In this document: positions 43,293 to 52,893 of the stretch, piece by piece
Position numbering within the stretch: position 1 is the first letter of the stretch
Layout of the letters: each line of letters starts with the position of its first letter
Source of the DNA: an uncultured Bacillota bacterium
GTDB lineage: Bacteria > Sysuimicrobiota > Sysuimicrobiia > Sysuimicrobiales > Segetimicrobiaceae
Length of the DNA stretch: 64,000 nucleotides
Assembly (NCBI GenBank): GCA_963804645.1
Contig: CAWDRG010000009.1
Location: 320,001 to 384,000 of the forward strand
Direction of reading: 5' to 3'
The notes under the pieces: model-generated
Told to the model about the DNA's origin: nothing
Database searches by the model: none
What the model saw: only the letters and a program-made list of their open reading frames with translations
Translations under genes and position numbers: made by a program

Positions 43293-44390
43293 ATGCCGCT
43301 GACCTGCGGCCTCATTGGCCTTCCCAACGCCGGCAAGTCCACGCTGTTTCGCGCGGTCACGGCGGCGCACGCCGACATCGCCTCGTACGCGTTTACGACC
43401 ATCGCGCCGAACCTCGGGGTCGTCCGCATCCCGGACCCCCGGCTTGAGGTCCTCGCGGCGATCTTTCGGCCCGAACGGGTGGTCCAGGAGACTCTTGAAG
43501 TGGTGGATATCGCCGGGCTCGTGCGCGGCGCCCACGAGGGGGAGGGCCTCGGCAACCAGTTCTTGGGACACATCCGCGAGGTGGATGCGCTCCTGCACGT
43601 CGTCCGCTGCTTCGGCGGCCCGATCGATCACGCCGAGGGCAGCGTCGACGCCGTGCGCGACGCGGAGATCGTCGACGCCGAGCTGCTGCTCGCGGACCTC
43701 GACACGGTCGCGCGCGCGCGCGCCCAGGTCATCCCGAAGGCTCGGACAGGGGACCGCGCGGCCCGGGAGCGGGACGCCGTCCTCGCCGCGCTCGAAGCGC
43801 ATCTGGGAGCGGCACTGCCGGCGCGGACGTTCGTGCCCGCGGGGAACGCCTCGGATGCCGCGCAGATCGTCGCGCTGCTCCACCTGTTGACCGCCCACCC
43901 GGTGCTGTACGTCGCCAATCTCGACGACGCCGGCCCGGAATCCGCCGCTTGCCTGGCCGCGGTCGAGCGGTACGCGGCCCGCTCGGGCGCGGCCGCGCTC
44001 AGCGTGTTCGGCAAGCTCGAGCTGGAGCTGTCCGAGCTCTCGGATGAAGAGGCGGTGCAGTTCCTTGCGTCACTGGGGCTCCGCGAACGGAGCCTGCCGC
44101 GGCTCGTCCGTGCGTGCAACGCGCTGCTCGGCCTCCGGTCGTTCTTCACGGTCGGGTCCGATGAGGTCCGCGCGTGGAACATCACGGCGGGCACGCGCGC
44201 CCCGCGGGCCGCGGGAAAGGTCCATACCGACATGGAACGGGGGTTCATCCGCGCCGAAGTGATCGCGTACGAGGATCTGATCGCCTGCGGGTCCCTCGCC
44301 GCCGCCCGCGAGCGGGGCCTGCTGCGCCTCGAAGGGCGCGACTACGAGGTCCAGGATGGCGATGTCATCAGTTTCCGGTTCGCGGTCTAG
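43293..44390 (+). CDS. ychF: ribosome-binding ATPase YchF
   Basis: [31 protein letters not shown] domain ([13 protein letters not shown]). Confidence 0.96.
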   Translation: MPLTCGLIGLPNAGKSTLFRAVTAAHADIASYAFTTIAPNLGVVRIPDPRLEVLAAIFRPERVVQETLEVVDIAGLVRGAHEGEGLGNQFLGHIREVDALLHVVRCFGGPIDHAEGSVDAVRDAEIVDAELLLADLDTVARARAQVIPKARTGDRAARERDAVLAALEAHLGAALPARTFVPAGNASDAAQIVALLHLLTAHPVLYVANLDDAGPESAACLAAVERYAARSGAAALSVFGKLELELSELSDEEAVQFLASLGLRERSLPRLVRACNALLGLRSFFTVGSDEVRAWNITAGTRAPRAAGKVHTDMERGFIRAEVIAYEDLIACGSLAAARERGLLRLEGRDYEVQDGDVISFRFAV

Positions 44391-44435
44391 CGGCTCGCGC
44401 GCGGCAGCCGATCGCGCCGCGGGGGTCCGCCGGCG

Positions 44436-44933
44436 TCAGTGGACCGAAGAGCCGAGCGACTGCGCCGGCAGCGGGTCCAGAAACCTGCGCGCGAGGATGC
44501 CGTCCACGATGAACAATGCGCGCAGCACCTGGAAGAGGCGGTGCACGAACAGATCTTTCGTCAGCGCGTCGTAGTAGATGTGCTGCAGCACGACGACGCG
44601 CTCCAGCGGGTCTCTGATCCCATCGAACATCACGCCCACGTGCAGCAGCTGCAGCTGGATGTCGCGCAGCAGCGCGATGCGCTCCGGTACGGCCAGCTGC
44701 CGCACGCGCTGCTGGCTGGGTCCGTCGAACGCGAGCGCGGCTTCGATGACGATCAGGTCATGCTTGTCCGCCCGCTGCGAGACGGCGATGATCGTGCCCT
44801 TCGGGTTCGTGGCCCGCAAGCCCCACACTAAGTGCGGCAGCACGATCGGATCGACCGTCCACTCCGCGTCGAGGAGCCATGATCGCACCCGGGACGCGAT
44901 CTCCGGGAGTGCGGGAGTTCCGGTTCCGTCCAT
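44436..44933 (-). CDS. DUF2299-like protein
   Basis: 'VRSWL..', C-terminal 'IYYDALTKD.F' pattern. Confidence 0.5.
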   Translation of the reverse strand: MDGTGTPALPEIASRVRSWLLDAEWTVDPIVLPHLVWGLRATNPKGTIIAVSQRADKHDLIVIEAALAFDGPSQQRVRQLAVPERIALLRDIQLQLLHVGVMFDGIRDPLERVVVLQHIYYDALTKDLFVHRLFQVLRALFIVDGILARRFLDPLPAQSLGSSVH

Positions 44934-45117
44934 CAACCCATCCTCCCAAGCGAAGGCATCGAGCGCCGGCCGTCCGCGTGAGCTCCGCGGTGTGTGGGTC
45001 CAGTATACCGCTCGAGTTCGCGGGTCAAGGACGCCGCCGCCTACCGCACCCTGCCAGGGACGGAGGCGGCCCGTCCCCTGAGCGGCTTAGGGGTGCTGCG
45101 AGGAGAGACAAGCACCG

Positions 45118-46411
45118 GGTAGTGTCAAGTGTTTTGTGTAAATTCCCGTGAGAGAGAGCGCCTCGCCTGCCGGACATTCAGAGCCTGAACGATCGCATAG
45201 ATAATCCGATCACAGCTGGCCACGTTCGTGAAGCACGTCATGGGGCGCGTGCGCCGGCGGACTTCGCGAAACACCCGTTCAATCGCGTTCGTCGTGCGCA
45301 CCCGGCGCCAGTCCGCCTCGTTGACGGCATAGAAGCTGAGCAGAGCGTCCTCCTCGCGCGTCAGACAGGCGACCGCCGCGGGGGCGGTGGCCTGCCAGGC
45401 CTGGACCCACTGGCGCAGGAGGCGGCGCGCGGCGTGGGCGGTCGGCGCCTGATAGATTCGGCGCGCCATGCGCAGACACGCGTCCCGGTCCTTGACCCGC
45501 AGCCGATTGGCCACGTTGCGGAGGACATGGACCCAGCACGCTTGGCGCGGGACGTCCGAATAGACCAAATCGAGGGCGGCATGGAGGCCCCGCTGGCCGT
45601 CCGTCGTAATCAGCTGCAACTGCTTCCCGACTAACCCGCGGCAGGCCAGCGTCGTGAGAAAGGCTTCCCAGGTGGTTTGGGTCTCGTAGCGGGCCAGCCG
45701 GAAGTCGATCAGGTCCCGCTGCCCGGTCGGCCGAATGCCGTAGGCCACGAGAATCAAGCGGCGCTTGCTCCCCGCGAGCCCTTTCACCCGGAGGCTGACG
45801 GCGTCGAGGAACAGATACTGATAGTGATCGTCCAGCGTCCGGTGGTGGAAGGCCGCCGCGGCTTGATCCAAGGCCCGGGTGATCGTCGAGACGGTCGTGG
45901 GGCTCACGACATCGTCGAGGAGCTTGGCGAGGACGGGCCCGACCTGGCGGGTGGAGAGGCCGCCGAGGAAGACCGCGCGGACGAGCGCGTTGACGTCACT
46001 GGTGCGGCGCTGATAGCGGCCGAGCACCGAGGGCTGGAACCCACTCTGGCGGGCCCGGGGAAGATGGAGATCGGGGATGGTGCCCCACGTCGTCACCAAG
46101 CGGCGGCGGTAGACGCCATTCCGATACCCCTGCCGGTCCGGATTCCGAGTGTACCGGCCGGCATTCAGATGGTTGATCAACTCGTCATGCATCCGGTTCT
46201 CCAGCAAGAGCTTGACCGTGCGGAGCGTCTCTCGGGAGACATCCCCCCACAGGGTCGCTTCATCCTTGACCTCCTTCCAGAGATCGGCTACGGTGAGATC
46301 GGTCAGTGGTCGCACACTGGCCATGGGCGTATCCCTCCTTATGGTTGGTCAGGTCGGGGTACGCCCTCTCTTTTCGGGCTCCTGCTTTTACACACAATAC
46401 CGTACACTACC
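45118..46411 (-). mobile_element. IS256-family insertion sequence
   Basis: Imperfect TIRs GGTAGTGTCAAGTGTTTTGTGTAAA and (revcomp) GGTAGTGTACGGTATTGTGTGTAAA; flanking direct repeat GCACCG(G) at 45112 and 46412. Confidence 0.92.
45125..46324 (-). CDS. IS256-family (Mutator-like) DDE transposase
   Basis: YRNG, PR.R..F, GLSTR, YLFLDA, TTDG..GL, QACWVH..RN, RTTNAIER.FRE.RRR. Confidence 0.95.
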   Translation of the reverse strand: MASVRPLTDLTVADLWKEVKDEATLWGDVSRETLRTVKLLLENRMHDELINHLNAGRYTRNPDRQGYRNGVYRRRLVTTWGTIPDLHLPRARQSGFQPSVLGRYQRRTSDVNALVRAVFLGGLSTRQVGPVLAKLLDDVVSPTTVSTITRALDQAAAAFHHRTLDDHYQYLFLDAVSLRVKGLAGSKRRLILVAYGIRPTGQRDLIDFRLARYETQTTWEAFLTTLACRGLVGKQLQLITTDGQRGLHAALDLVYSDVPRQACWVHVLRNVANRLRVKDRDACLRMARRIYQAPTAHAARRLLRQWVQAWQATAPAAVACLTREEDALLSFYAVNEADWRRVRTTNAIERVFREVRRRTRPMTCFTNVASCDRIIYAIVQALNVRQARRSLSREFTQNT

Positions 46412-46439
46412 GCACCGGCTGGCGTTGTAGTACCGCGCG

Positions 46440-46448
46440 TGGTATAAT
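46440..46448 (+). promoter_or_regulatory. extended -10 promoter of rpsF operon
   Basis: TGgTATAAT. Confidence 0.65.
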
Positions 46449-46483
46449 ACGGCGCGGTCAGATCAGCCTCTTACAATTGCATA

Positions 46484-46612
46484 GCGGACGGCCGCGCAAA
46501 GCGCGGCCGCTGCCTTCCTGCCCTATCCGCCCGCGGGCGCATTTCGCCGCGGACGCTCGTGTAGGGCCGCCGGGAGCTCATCAGACCCGATCAGTCCAGA
46601 GGAAGGAGAGTG
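46484..46612 (+). promoter_or_regulatory. structured rpsF leader (candidate S6:S18 autoregulatory RNA)
   Basis: CCTTCCT can pair with the SD AGGAAGG; GCCCTAT/GTAGGGC stem; CCG motifs. Confidence 0.55.
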
Positions 46613-46615
46613 CCA

Positions 46616-47098
46616 GTGAGTATTTATGAGATCGTCGTTGTCGTGCGCCCGGATCTTGACGAAGAGGCGCTGAACGCCGTACTCGAGCGTGTGCACCAGC
46701 GGATCGTCGAGGTCGGTGGTGAAGTGACGTCCACCGATCGTTGGGGCAAGCGCCGGATCGCCTACCCGATCCGAAAGTACCGCGACGGATTCTACGTCAT
46801 GAGCGTGTTTTCGCTTGCCTCGGACCACGTCGCACGCCTGCGCCAGACACTCGAGCTGAACGAGGACCTCCTGCGGTTTGTGGTGGCTACCCATCGGGTC
46901 GCGCCGAAGCCCGTGGTCGCGGCACCCGCAGCCACACCCACACCCGCTGCCGCATCAGCGCCCGCGGCCACACCTGTAGCCGCCGCGGCACCCGTCGCGG
47001 CCGCGCCCGCGGCGCAGCCCGTTGGCCAGACCCCCGCCGCGGCACCCGCAGCAGAAGGGCCCGCGGCTCCCGGATCCTCGGGGACCGCCGATGTATAA
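46616..47098 (+). CDS. rpsF: 30S ribosomal protein S6 with Ala/Pro-rich tail
   Basis: YE.....RPDL, WG.R..AYPI.K...G.Y. Confidence 0.95.
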   Translation: MSIYEIVVVVRPDLDEEALNAVLERVHQRIVEVGGEVTSTDRWGKRRIAYPIRKYRDGFYVMSVFSLASDHVARLRQTLELNEDLLRFVVATHRVAPKPVVAAPAATPTPAAASAPAATPVAAAAPVAAAPAAQPVGQTPAAAPAAEGPAAPGSSGTADV

Positions 47099-47498
47099 CC
47101 GGATTATCCTGATCGGGCGGCTCACCCGAGATCCTGAGCTCAGGTACGTGCCGAGCGGCGCGCCCGTCGCGTCGTTTACGCTCGCGGTGGATCGGCCGTT
47201 CCGGGACCAGCAGGGCAACCGGGAGACGGACTTCATCGACATCGTCGCCTGGCGCAAACTCGCCGAGCAGGTCAGCCAGTACATGACCAAGGGCCGGATG
47301 GTCGCGGTCGAAGGCCGCCTGCAGATTCGGTCCTACGAAACCCAGGACGGCCAGAAGCGGAAGGTCGCCGAGGTGGTCGCGGACGGCGTCCGCTTCCTGG
47401 ATCGCGGCGACCGCGCACGTGCGGGGACAGGCACCGGGGAGGCCGCGCCGGCCGACGAACCGGCGGCGACCGGTCAGGACGAGGACGTCCCGTTCTGA
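47091..47498 (+). CDS. ssb: single-stranded DNA-binding protein
   Basis: NR..LIGRLT.DPELRY, C-terminal DVPF. Confidence 0.97.
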   Translation: MYNRIILIGRLTRDPELRYVPSGAPVASFTLAVDRPFRDQQGNRETDFIDIVAWRKLAEQVSQYMTKGRMVAVEGRLQIRSYETQDGQKRKVAEVVADGVRFLDRGDRARAGTGTGEAAPADEPAATGQDEDVPF

Positions 47499-47564
47499 GC
47501 GCCGCGGCTGACGTCCGGCGCGCAGCGTCCATCACAACCCTAAGTTGACGCGAGGAGGAGAGTC

Positions 47565-47831
47565 ATGCCACCCGAGGGCAGGGATCGAGGAGAAGCACGG
47601 CCGCGCCGGGATTACCGGCGCCGCCCCAAGCGCAAGGTCTGTTCGTTCTGCACGGAGAAGGCGACGTTCATCGACTACAAGGATGTGAACCGGCTGCGTC
47701 GGTTCGTGACCGAACGCGGGAAGATTCTGCCCCGTCGGGTGTCGGGCAACTGCGCCAAACACCAGCGTGCGCTCGCGGTCGCCGTCAAGCGCGCCCGAGA
47801 ACTGGCCATGCTGCCCTACGCGGGAGAGTAA
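47565..47831 (+). CDS. rpsR: 30S ribosomal protein S18 (Zn-binding type)
   Basis: CSFC, IDYKD, GKILPRR, C.KHQR. Confidence 0.97.
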   Translation: MPPEGRDRGEARPRRDYRRRPKRKVCSFCTEKATFIDYKDVNRLRRFVTERGKILPRRVSGNCAKHQRALAVAVKRARELAMLPYAGE

Positions 47832-47876
47832 GCGAGGCGCTGGCCGGCCGTGTGTCCGGTCGGCACCGCTCTGCCA

Positions 47877-49136
47877 ATGGTGAAGAAGGCGCAGCGACAC
47901 CCCACGCGCGGGCTGACCGAAGGGGCGATCCTCGCCGCGCTCACTGTGCTCGTCGCCGCAGTCGGCCTCGTCGCGCCATTTGTCGGCACCCTGCTCGCCC
48001 CACTCCCGATCATGCTCTTGGTCATCCGCTGGGGGCTGCGCGTGGGCGCGCTGGCGGCGTTGGTCGCGGCGCTGATTTTCCTGCAGTTCTTCGGCCCCGT
48101 CAACGCGCTGTCCGTCACGGCACTCTTCGCCCCGCTCGGGCTCGGCCTCGGGTGGGGAGTCTGGCGCGGTATCGGCGCCACGCTGACCGTACTGGTGGGT
48201 GCGTGCGCGCTCGTGATCGCGACGATCGCCAGCTTCGCGATCGCGACCGTCATGCTGCATCAGGACCTCCTCGGCCAGTTCGTCAAGGGCCTGGTGGCGA
48301 GTCAGGTGGAGGGCCTGAAGGCACTGCTGGCCTCGACGCTCTGGGCGGTCACGTTCGCCAAGCGCAATCTGCCTCCGGACGTCTTGGCCTCATTGCGTCA
48401 CAACCCGCTGCTGGTCAGCCAGTTCCACCAGCAGGAAGACCAAACCCGCAGCATGATCGAATTCACGCAGAAGTTCGCCCCAGCGTTCATTTATCACGCG
48501 CTGCCAATCATGCTCTGCGTCGGCGGGCTGATCTGGGCGTATCTCTGTTACACGCTGGCCCGTGTCGTACTCCGCCGTGTTGGGCACGAGCCGCCGGGAT
48601 TCGCTCCGATTCTCACCTGGCGCCTCCCGCCGGCGCTCGCCACCCTGATCCTGTGGGTCTTCGCCGGCGTGACGTTCCTGAGTCCGCGAATCCCGTGGCT
48701 CGCGACCACGTGGGTGAGCGTGCTCCTGCTCACCCTGTTTGTCTTTGGTTTCCAGGGCACGCTCGTCGCGCTCGCGTGGATGAAGCGGAGGCGACTGTCG
48801 CGGGCCGTTCAGATCATCGTGATTGCCCTGTTGATCACATCGGGGCTCTATCCGATCCTCGCGGCCGTGATCCTCGGGCTACTTGACGGCTGGTTCGATT
48901 TTCGCAAGCTGTCGGTCCCGGCACCGCCTGCTGACCACGCGCAGGCGCCCGCAGCCGTGATTGACCCGAGCGCGGACAGCGCCGGGCAGGTGGGTGGTAC
49001 CCACCCCCTCGGCGACAGTCTCCGCACCGCCGGCCAGAAGCCGGACCGCCAACATCGTCACAGCACAAGATCCGGACGATCCAAGACCGGACGCCGCGCG
49101 ATGCGGCGTCCACGCGAAGGTGGTGCATCCTCGTGA
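47877..49136 (+). CDS. YybS/DUF2232 family membrane protein
   Basis: 'LTEGAILAAL', 'FQG', 'LGLLD.WFDFRK'; conserved position between rpsR and rplI. Confidence 0.8.
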   Translation: MVKKAQRHPTRGLTEGAILAALTVLVAAVGLVAPFVGTLLAPLPIMLLVIRWGLRVGALAALVAALIFLQFFGPVNALSVTALFAPLGLGLGWGVWRGIGATLTVLVGACALVIATIASFAIATVMLHQDLLGQFVKGLVASQVEGLKALLASTLWAVTFAKRNLPPDVLASLRHNPLLVSQFHQQEDQTRSMIEFTQKFAPAFIYHALPIMLCVGGLIWAYLCYTLARVVLRRVGHEPPGFAPILTWRLPPALATLILWVFAGVTFLSPRIPWLATTWVSVLLLTLFVFGFQGTLVALAWMKRRRLSRAVQIIVIALLITSGLYPILAAVILGLLDGWFDFRKLSVPAPPADHAQAPAAVIDPSADSAGQVGGTHPLGDSLRTAGQKPDRQHRHSTRSGRSKTGRRAMRRPREGGASS

Positions 49137-49579
49137 AGGTGATTTTGCTGAAGGACGTCCCCTCGATCGGGCAGCGCGGCGAGGTCCGCGAGGTGAAGGA
49201 CGGCTACGCCCGCAACTTCCTGCTGCCTCGGGGGCTCGCGGCGCCGGCGACCGCGACCAACCTCCAGAGCCTGGCGCAGAGCCAGGAGGCCGTCAAACAG
49301 CGTGAGACCAAAGCTGCGCAGGAGGCCGCCGCGCTCAAGTCCCGCCTCGAATCACTCGTCATCGAGGTGCGGGCCCGCGCGGGAGAAGAAGGACGCCTGT
49401 TCGGGTCGATCACCGCGCAGGACATCGCCGATGCGATCGCGCGCAAAGGCGTCTCGGTCAGCAAGAAGCAGATTGAGATCGCGGAGCCGATTAAGACGGC
49501 CGGGTTTTACAAGATCCCGATTCGAATCCACCAGCAGCACACCGCCATGGTGGAAGTCAACGTCGTGGGGGAGACGTAG
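49133..49579 (+). CDS. rplI: 50S ribosomal protein L9
   Basis: MKVILLKDV, VKDGYARNFLLP, GRLFGSIT. Confidence 0.97.
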   Translation: MKVILLKDVPSIGQRGEVREVKDGYARNFLLPRGLAAPATATNLQSLAQSQEAVKQRETKAAQEAAALKSRLESLVIEVRARAGEEGRLFGSITAQDIADAIARKGVSVSKKQIEIAEPIKTAGFYKIPIRIHQQHTAMVEVNVVGET

Positions 49580-49963
49580 TCCGCGACCACACGGGCGAAC
49601 GTGGTTCGCGTCGTCGCCCCAGGGAGACCGCCGCCCCGGCTTCCACCAACTGAGTACGGGACCTGTCCACGGAGAGTCTGGCTCACTCCATCCGGGCACG
49701 CTAACCTATCTCTTGAACGCGTACGGAGACGCTCCTCGGGTCTGAGGCCGCGGTTGACTCCCATCCACAAGGTATCAACAGGTCGTCAGGAGTTCAGGCG
49801 GCATAAGCCAACAACTCTTCCCCATGAACAGCCCTGTTATGCACAGCAACTTCGTAGGAAACTCCCAACCCACACACAAGGTATGACACCGCGTTTCATA
49901 GGATTACAGTCACAGGCCTAACTGCTCCCCGATGAGCACATCTGGCGCGGGCGCCAGTGGATG

Positions 49964-49993
49964 TAGACACGCCACGAACATATGTTCTATAAT
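49964..49993 (+). promoter_or_regulatory. dnaB promoter with LexA box in the spacer
   Basis: TAGACA (49964-49969); GAACATATGTTC perfect palindrome (49976-49987); TATAAT (49988-49993). Confidence 0.8.
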
Positions 49994-50025
49994 TCGAAAA
50001 AGCCCGCTTCAGGAGGCACGGCAAC

Positions 50026-52869
50026 GTGAGCATTGCCCAGCAGCTAGAACGCATCCCGCCCCAAAACCTCGAAGCGGAACAGGGCGTGCTGGGATCGATG
50101 CTGCTCGACCGCGACGCCATCGCCCGCGTTATCGAATCGCTGCGCGCGGAAGATTTCTATCGCGACGCCCACCGTGTGATTTACATGGCGATGACCGAAC
50201 TGTTCGAGCGCGGAGAGCCCGTGGATCTGATCACGGTTACAAACCGCCTCACCGTACAGGGCAAGATCGATGACATCGGCGGCGCCACATACCTTGCGTC
50301 GCTCCCGAACGTCGTCCCCACTGCCGCAAACGTGGACTTCTACGGCAGCATCGTGATGGAAAAATCCATGCTGCGCCAGCTGATCAGTGCCGGCACGCAC
50401 ATCGCCGCGCTTGGGTACGACGCCGCAGACGACGTCGCCGCCCTGATTGACCAGGCCGAAAAGATGGTGTTCGGCATCGCCGCCCGCCGGAATGTTCAAG
50501 ACTTCCAGGCGATCAAGGAGATCCTTAAGGAGAGCTTCGATAAGATCGACAAGCGCTATCAGGAAAAGGGCACCGTCACGGGGGTCGCGACCGGATTCAC
50601 CGACCTCGACATGCTTACCTCCGGTCTCCAAGACTCCGACATGGTGATCGTCGCAGCCCGGCCATCGGTCGGCAAGTGTTTGACCGCCGACGCCGAGATC
50701 CTCCTGGCGGACGGCAGCATCGTCACCATCGGCGAGATCTACCGGCGGCGGCAAGGACGGCTGATGACGCTCGGGAACGACTGGCGATTCCGGTTCACGG
50801 AACCGTCGGCGTTCGTGGACGACGGCCTGAAGCCCGCGTTCCGCGTCACCACCCGGCTCGGACGCCGGGTCGAGACGACGGCGAGCCATCCGTTTCTGAC
50901 GCTCGACGGCTGGCTGCCGCTTGCCGCGCTCCGCACCGGAGACCGCATTGCAGTGCCGCGCCGTCTCAGTGTATTCGGCAACAAACCCATGCGCGAGTGC
51001 GAGGTGAAGCTCCTCGCGTACTTCATCGGAGATGGCTCACTGACAGGCGGCAAGGCCGCATTCACGAACACAGATCCCACCATGCTGCGCGATTTCTCGG
51101 CAGCCGTGCGCGCGTTTGGCGGCGTGCGCTGCCGTCGTGAGCGTGATTGTAGTGGCCGGCGCGCGCCGACGCTCGCCGTCGCAGGGAATCCGATGTTCCG
51201 CCGACAGCAACGCCGCGAGTTCGCCGGGCAGCTTCGTGCGGCGCTGGGGACAGCCCGCGGTGCCCGGGCCAGCCTGGCGCGAGCGCTCGACGTCACCCCG
51301 GCGGCCGTGCTCGGCTGGTGTCGAGGCGAGCAGGTCCCGAAGGCACACCGGTTTGCGCAGTTGTGCGGGGTGGTCGGCGTACCACCCGACCGCCTCGCGC
51401 CGCACGGTTTTCCGCCTGTGAGCCGCAGCAGCCAGAACCCCGTCGTCCTCTGGCTGCAGGCCCTCGGACTCTGGGAAAAGAAGGCGGCGGAGAAGCGGCT
51501 GCCGGCGGCGGTCTTTACACTGCCGAAGGCGCAATCCGCCCTCTTTCTGAACCGGCTGTTCGCAACGGACGGATGGGCCGCGGCGAACGCAGTGACCCGT
51601 TTGGCGCACGTTGGATACGCGTCGAGCAGCGAACATCTCGTGCGGCAGATCCAACATCTGCTGCTTCGCTTTGGGATCGTCGCTTCCGTTCGGAGGCGCA
51701 GTGTCCGCTATCTTCGCGAACTACGCACAGCGTGGGAGCTGTGCATCACGGATCCCGCCTCGATTCGCACGTTTGCCGAGGAGATCGGGATCTTCCGCAA
51801 GGAGCGCAAACTACAGCAGGCGCTCACGGTCGTCGCCCGGCGGGGTCGTATCCCGAATCGCGACACCATCCCGCGAGCGGTATGGCGCACGATGGCTGAC
51901 GCGAAGGGCGCCGAGTCGTGGGCGTCGCTTGCACGGCGCGCTGGCTGGGCGAATACCGGAAACGTCCACGTCGGAGTACGCGCACCGTCGCGAGATCGCC
52001 TCTTGACGTTCGCAACAGCTCTCGCCCACGACGGCTTGCGGCAGCTCGCCCACAGCGACGTGTACTGGGACGAGATCGTGGCGATCGAACCGACGGGCGA
52101 GAAACAAGTCTATGATCTTACGATTCCGGAGACCCACAACTTTGTCGCCAACGACATCTGCGTACACAACACGACCTTTGCGCTCAACATCGCGCAGCAC
52201 GCCGCACTCACCCGCAAGATCCCGGTGGCGATCTTCAGCCTTGAGACGAGCAAGGAGCAGCTGGTCCAGCGCATCCTCTGCTCGGAAGCACAGGTGGACA
52301 ACAGCAAACTCCGCACCGGGTTCCTGGCGGACGAGGACTGGCGCAAACTGGCCCGCGCGATGGGAGGACTCAGCGAAGCCCCCATCTTCATCGATGATTC
52401 GGCGACGCTCTCCGTCATCGAGATGCGGGCAAAAGCCCGGAAGCTCAAGGCCGAGCATGGGCTCGGGCTGATCGTGATCGATTACATCCAGCTCATTCAA
52501 TCGTACCGGCGTACCGAGAACCGCACCCAGGAGCTCAGCGAGATCGCCCGCAACATCAAGTCGCTCGCCAAGGAGCTCGCTATTCCGATCATTGCGATCT
52601 CACAGCTCAGCCGCGCCGTCGAGGCGCTCGGGCAGAAGCGCCCGATGCTGAGCCACCTGCGCGAGAGCGGCGAGATCGAACAGGTGAGCGACCTCGTGCT
52701 GTTTCTCTATCGTGAGGATTACTACGATCAGGAGAAGGCGCACAAGGAGAACAAGGAAAATATCTGCGAGATCATCATCGCCAAGCACCGCAACGGTCCG
52801 ATCGGCACCGTGGAACTGTACTTCCACAAGGAGCACAGTCGGTTCGACAATCTGTCAAAACAACGATAA
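50026..52869 (+). CDS. dnaB: replicative DNA helicase DnaB (intein-containing)
   Basis: PPQNLEAEQ.VLG, AARPSVGK|T Walker A split by the intein, IDYIQL, SQLSR, LRESG.IEQ, AKHRNGP.G. Confidence 0.97.
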   Translation: MSIAQQLERIPPQNLEAEQGVLGSMLLDRDAIARVIESLRAEDFYRDAHRVIYMAMTELFERGEPVDLITVTNRLTVQGKIDDIGGATYLASLPNVVPTAANVDFYGSIVMEKSMLRQLISAGTHIAALGYDAADDVAALIDQAEKMVFGIAARRNVQDFQAIKEILKESFDKIDKRYQEKGTVTGVATGFTDLDMLTSGLQDSDMVIVAARPSVGKCLTADAEILLADGSIVTIGEIYRRRQGRLMTLGNDWRFRFTEPSAFVDDGLKPAFRVTTRLGRRVETTASHPFLTLDGWLPLAALRTGDRIAVPRRLSVFGNKPMRECEVKLLAYFIGDGSLTGGKAAFTNTDPTMLRDFSAAVRAFGGVRCRRERDCSGRRAPTLAVAGNPMFRRQQRREFAGQLRAALGTARGARASLARALDVTPAAVLGWCRGEQVPKAHRFAQLCGVVGVPPDRLAPHGFPPVSRSSQNPVVLWLQALGLWEKKAAEKRLPAAVFTLPKAQSALFLNRLFATDGWAAANAVTRLAHVGYASSSEHLVRQIQHLLLRFGIVASVRRRSVRYLRELRTAWELCITDPASIRTFAEEIGIFRKERKLQQALTVVARRGRIPNRDTIPRAVWRTMADAKGAESWASLARRAGWANTGNVHVGVRAPSRDRLLTFATALAHDGLRQLAHSDVYWDEIVAIEPTGEKQVYDLTIPETHNFVANDICVHNTTFALNIAQHAALTRKIPVAIFSLETSKEQLVQRILCSEAQVDNSKLRTGFLADEDWRKLARAMGGLSEAPIFIDDSATLSVIEMRAKARKLKAEHGLGLIVIDYIQLIQSYRRTENRTQELSEIARNIKSLAKELAIPIIAISQLSRAVEALGQKRPMLSHLRESGEIEQVSDLVLFLYREDYYDQEKAHKENKENICEIIIAKHRNGPIGTVELYFHKEHSRFDNLSKQR
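50677..52170 (+). mobile_element. intein with LAGLIDADG homing endonuclease (498 aa) in the DnaB P-loop
   Basis: CLTAD N-terminus, block B TASHPF, LAYFIGDG and FLNRLFATDG motifs, VYDLTI..THNFVAN...VHN|T C-terminus. Confidence 0.95.
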
Positions 52870-52893
52870 CTACTGCGGCGGCGGAGTAGTAGT

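Noticed and set aside
40184..43573. Very long antisense ORFs (also 4452-6971, 30589-32847, 21814-23847)
   Set aside because: Shadow ORFs opposite well-supported genes, expected from high-GC codon bias
45118..46411. IS256 (or the 3.7-4.1 kb remnant) as mobiliser of the dnaB-downstream cassettes
   Set aside because: Their ends (GGTAGTGT..., TGCCTCAAAA...) share no similarity with TGTAGGA/TTGCTAAGATA
49596..49608. Additional LexA box CGAACGTGGTTCG after rplI
   Set aside because: Spacer is 3 nt rather than 4, and it lies within a probable hairpin downstream of rplI
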